NCBI GenBank assembly: GCA_964016885.1
Contig: OZ024746.1
Location: 46,562,001-46,626,000 of the forward strand
Direction of reading: 5' to 3'
Source of the DNA: Eledone cirrhosa
Taxonomy: Eukaryota
Length of the DNA stretch: 64,000 bases
Part shown: piece after piece, positions 61,109 through 64,000 of the stretch
How positions within the stretch are numbered: the first letter of the stretch is position 1
How the letters are laid out: each line of letters starts with the position of its first letter
Made by a program: the position numbers and the translations under genes
The notes under the pieces: generated by a model
Told to the model about the DNA's origin: nothing
What the model saw: only the letters and a program-made list of their open reading frames with translations
Database searches by the model: none

Positions 61109-62550
61109 GTATCAACATCTCGGAAGAAGGAGACATAAACACCACCTTCTACCGCAAGGCAGCGTGCAAGGACTTATTTGTGCATTACAACTCAGCCCTC
61201 CCCAACAAAGCTAAGAGAGGCTATGTCCTAAATGAACTTACACGGATCACTAATAGATGCAGCGACCCGATGGGTGGTCTCACCCATACTACGCAATTCC
61301 GTAATCTACTCAAGTCTAATGGATATCCCAAGCGACTGATTAACGGAATTAGAGACCCCAGACCCAATAGACAGACACCCACTAGAAACTTATATAAAAG
61401 CAGGTGCTTCTTTAAAATCCCCTACATGAGTGAATATACCACGAACGCCATCCGCAGGGCCATACGGAGGGAGGGACTTGACATACATTTAGCCCACACA
61501 GGACCTTCGCTCCGAAGATGCCTCTCCACCAAACCCGACGAGTCAGATGGGGACGTGTTCCCTCAGCAACTGCCCGATACGGGGGGCAGATTGCCTACGC
61601 ACCTATGTCGTATATAAGATTCAATGCGATAAATGTAACAAGTTTTACATAGGTAGCACCATCCGACCCCTACATGTTCGTATCAAGGAACATGTCAACA
61701 CCAACGCATCTTCCTTCCGTAAACACATCCTTAAATGCGGAAACCCACAGGGCAGACCCTTGGTCACAGTCCTAGCGACTGAACGCAGCATCGGATCCTT
61801 AAGGATAAAGGAAGCACTTGTTATTAAGAACCTCAGACCCCCACTTAACAACCGGGCTGAGAGAAATGAGCTGACATGGCTAATTTAACCATAGTGACCA
61901 ATAACAGCCCCTACGGCCCTTTATCTTTCACACACACGCACTTATATGTATACCCATACACATACACACACACACATCTATATTTATACACGCACACATG
62001 TTTATACAACCTACCACCTTTCACACCCTTTTGAATTCCAGCTTCTACGGCCCACTATCTTTCACACACACACACTCACATACATACACACATACACATA
62101 TACACACACAGTTACACACACATATATATTTACAAACACATATTTTACGGCTTTCACACGCTAGCGCACCCTATTGATTTAACCCAATTGGTCATTAGCT
62201 TTTGCCACAGCCTATCACGCGCACTCGCATTCTTTCCCTAGTTTGAATTTTCCCCATAACGGCATTCCTATGTTTTAACGACAATACAACTTTCTCCGGC
62301 TTAGCCTGTTCCCCCGCTTTTGGAACTTTCCCCCGTTGATGGGCGTGAGCCCGAAATATTGGAATTAAATCTCCACTACGGTAACCCTTCTACCTTTGTT
62401 TTGTTTTCCTTTTTCGTTTCTCTCAATTTTCACTTTTCTCTTATTTCTCACTCACTTCCTACCTCGAGATTTCCCAATGCATTGTTGTGGCTTTCTAAAC
62501 TACATATTTTACATATTTCACAATGCTTCAAGCAAACTTTAACACCCTCT
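61109..62550 (+). mobile_element. 5'-truncated PLE of another family (RT thumb and GIY-YIG to 61888), 3' UTR with a degenerate HHR at 62328-62364
   Basis: FYRKAACKDLFVHYNSA, FKIPYMSE, VVYKIQCDKC..YIGSTIRPLHVRIKEH, EALVI..LN; CCGTTGA-T-GGGC gtga GCCC-GAAATATT. Confidence 0.85.
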
Positions 62551-62601
62551 TATATATATATATATATATATATGTAGTATATATATATATATATATATAT
62601 A

Positions 62602-62697
<96 letters not shown>

Positions 62698-62736
62698 TAT
62701 ATATATATATAGTATATATATATATATATATATATA

Positions 62737-62974
<238 letters not shown>

Positions 62975-62991
62975 TATATATATATATATAG

Positions 62992-63037
<46 letters not shown>

Positions 63038-63144
63038 TATAGTATATATATATATATATATTATATATATATATATATATGAATATTATATATATATATA
63101 TATATATAGTATATATATATATATAGTATATATATATATATATA

Positions 63145-63210
<66 letters not shown>

Positions 63211-63267
63211 GTATATATATATATATATAGTATATATATATATATAGTATATATATATATATATATA

Positions 63268-63311
<44 letters not shown>

Positions 63312-63324
63312 TATATATATATAT

Positions 63325-63932
63325 GTCAGGTCACCACTTGGTGCTACTGGTAACATGTATCCCAGTACAACCTGTCTCATGGTCGGGTCGTTGGCGACTA
63401 AACTGGCAACCCCACCAAGGTTTCTTGGTGAGGAGGGTGACTTTGGACATCCTGCAGGACTAAAAACAAAACCTGTCAAAGGGCAAAGGAGCTCTTAAGA
63501 GTCAATGGCCATCCAAAATCACCGGAGAGATGTCCCCTTAGCCTTTGTCATGGCAGAATTCTAGGAGAAGGATAACTCTGATATAACACCTGCAACCCTG
63601 ATGGTATCCAATGATGTTGACTTGTTCTTCTTTTTGGTAAATATCATCTTGGTTAAGAGAGTGGGACTGGCTTTGTGCAGTGCCTTTGCTCACTATAAAA
63701 GCTTCACGGCACAGGCATTGCTTTATATCTGGAGATCTCTCTGCACTTGTCGTCACATGGTACCATGGGCCCAGCACTATGTGTCAATAATTGTCACAAG
63801 TGTAGTGTTTGTACCAGGGTTTTCAAGTCGCTGGCTGGACTAAAAAGTCACACTCGTTCAGCGCATCGGTAGGGGTTCTCCTACATGGATATAAAGTAGT
63901 GGCCATACTCGAAAACGAGTTGGCAGCCACCA
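63325..63932 (+). mobile_element. Internally deleted, non-autonomous RTE-like element (~0.6 kb)
   Basis: RTE-type 5' UTR; C-terminal C2H2 remnant CSVCTRVFKSLAGLKSHTRSAH-stop; terminal hairpin ACTCGAAAACGAGT. Confidence 0.65.
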
Positions 63933-63948
63933 TATATATATATATATA

Positions 63949-63986
<38 letters not shown>

Positions 63987-64000
63987 TATATATATATATA

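Overview
Gene-free, extremely AT-rich animal genomic DNA. The SINE and LINE types suggest a cephalopod or other mollusc (inference). Roughly 40% is interrupted (TA)n microsatellite, and almost every non-microsatellite block is a retroelement inserted in (TA)n. Contents: about 15 families of Penelope-like element (PLE) or PLE-derived repeats, one near-full-length CR1-group LINE (minus strand), one near-full-length RTE LINE, several RTE fragments and tRNA-derived SINEs. No intact host gene was found; the YI-rich ORFs are microsatellite artefacts. Manual reading finds about 30 type I hammerhead ribozyme (HHR) motifs or half-motifs. These include U3-A8 compensatory cores, U-U at the base of stem II, very long stem II insertions and palindromic stem III loops. 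Two non-coding units (592 nt and about 990 nt) close on themselves and carry an HHR, so they look like retrozyme-like, (TA)n-targeted non-autonomous elements. Many insertions are fold-back palindromes with an HHR on both strands, the largest having 2.56 kb arms. All RNA folds were derived by eye and are untested; clade names are tentative.
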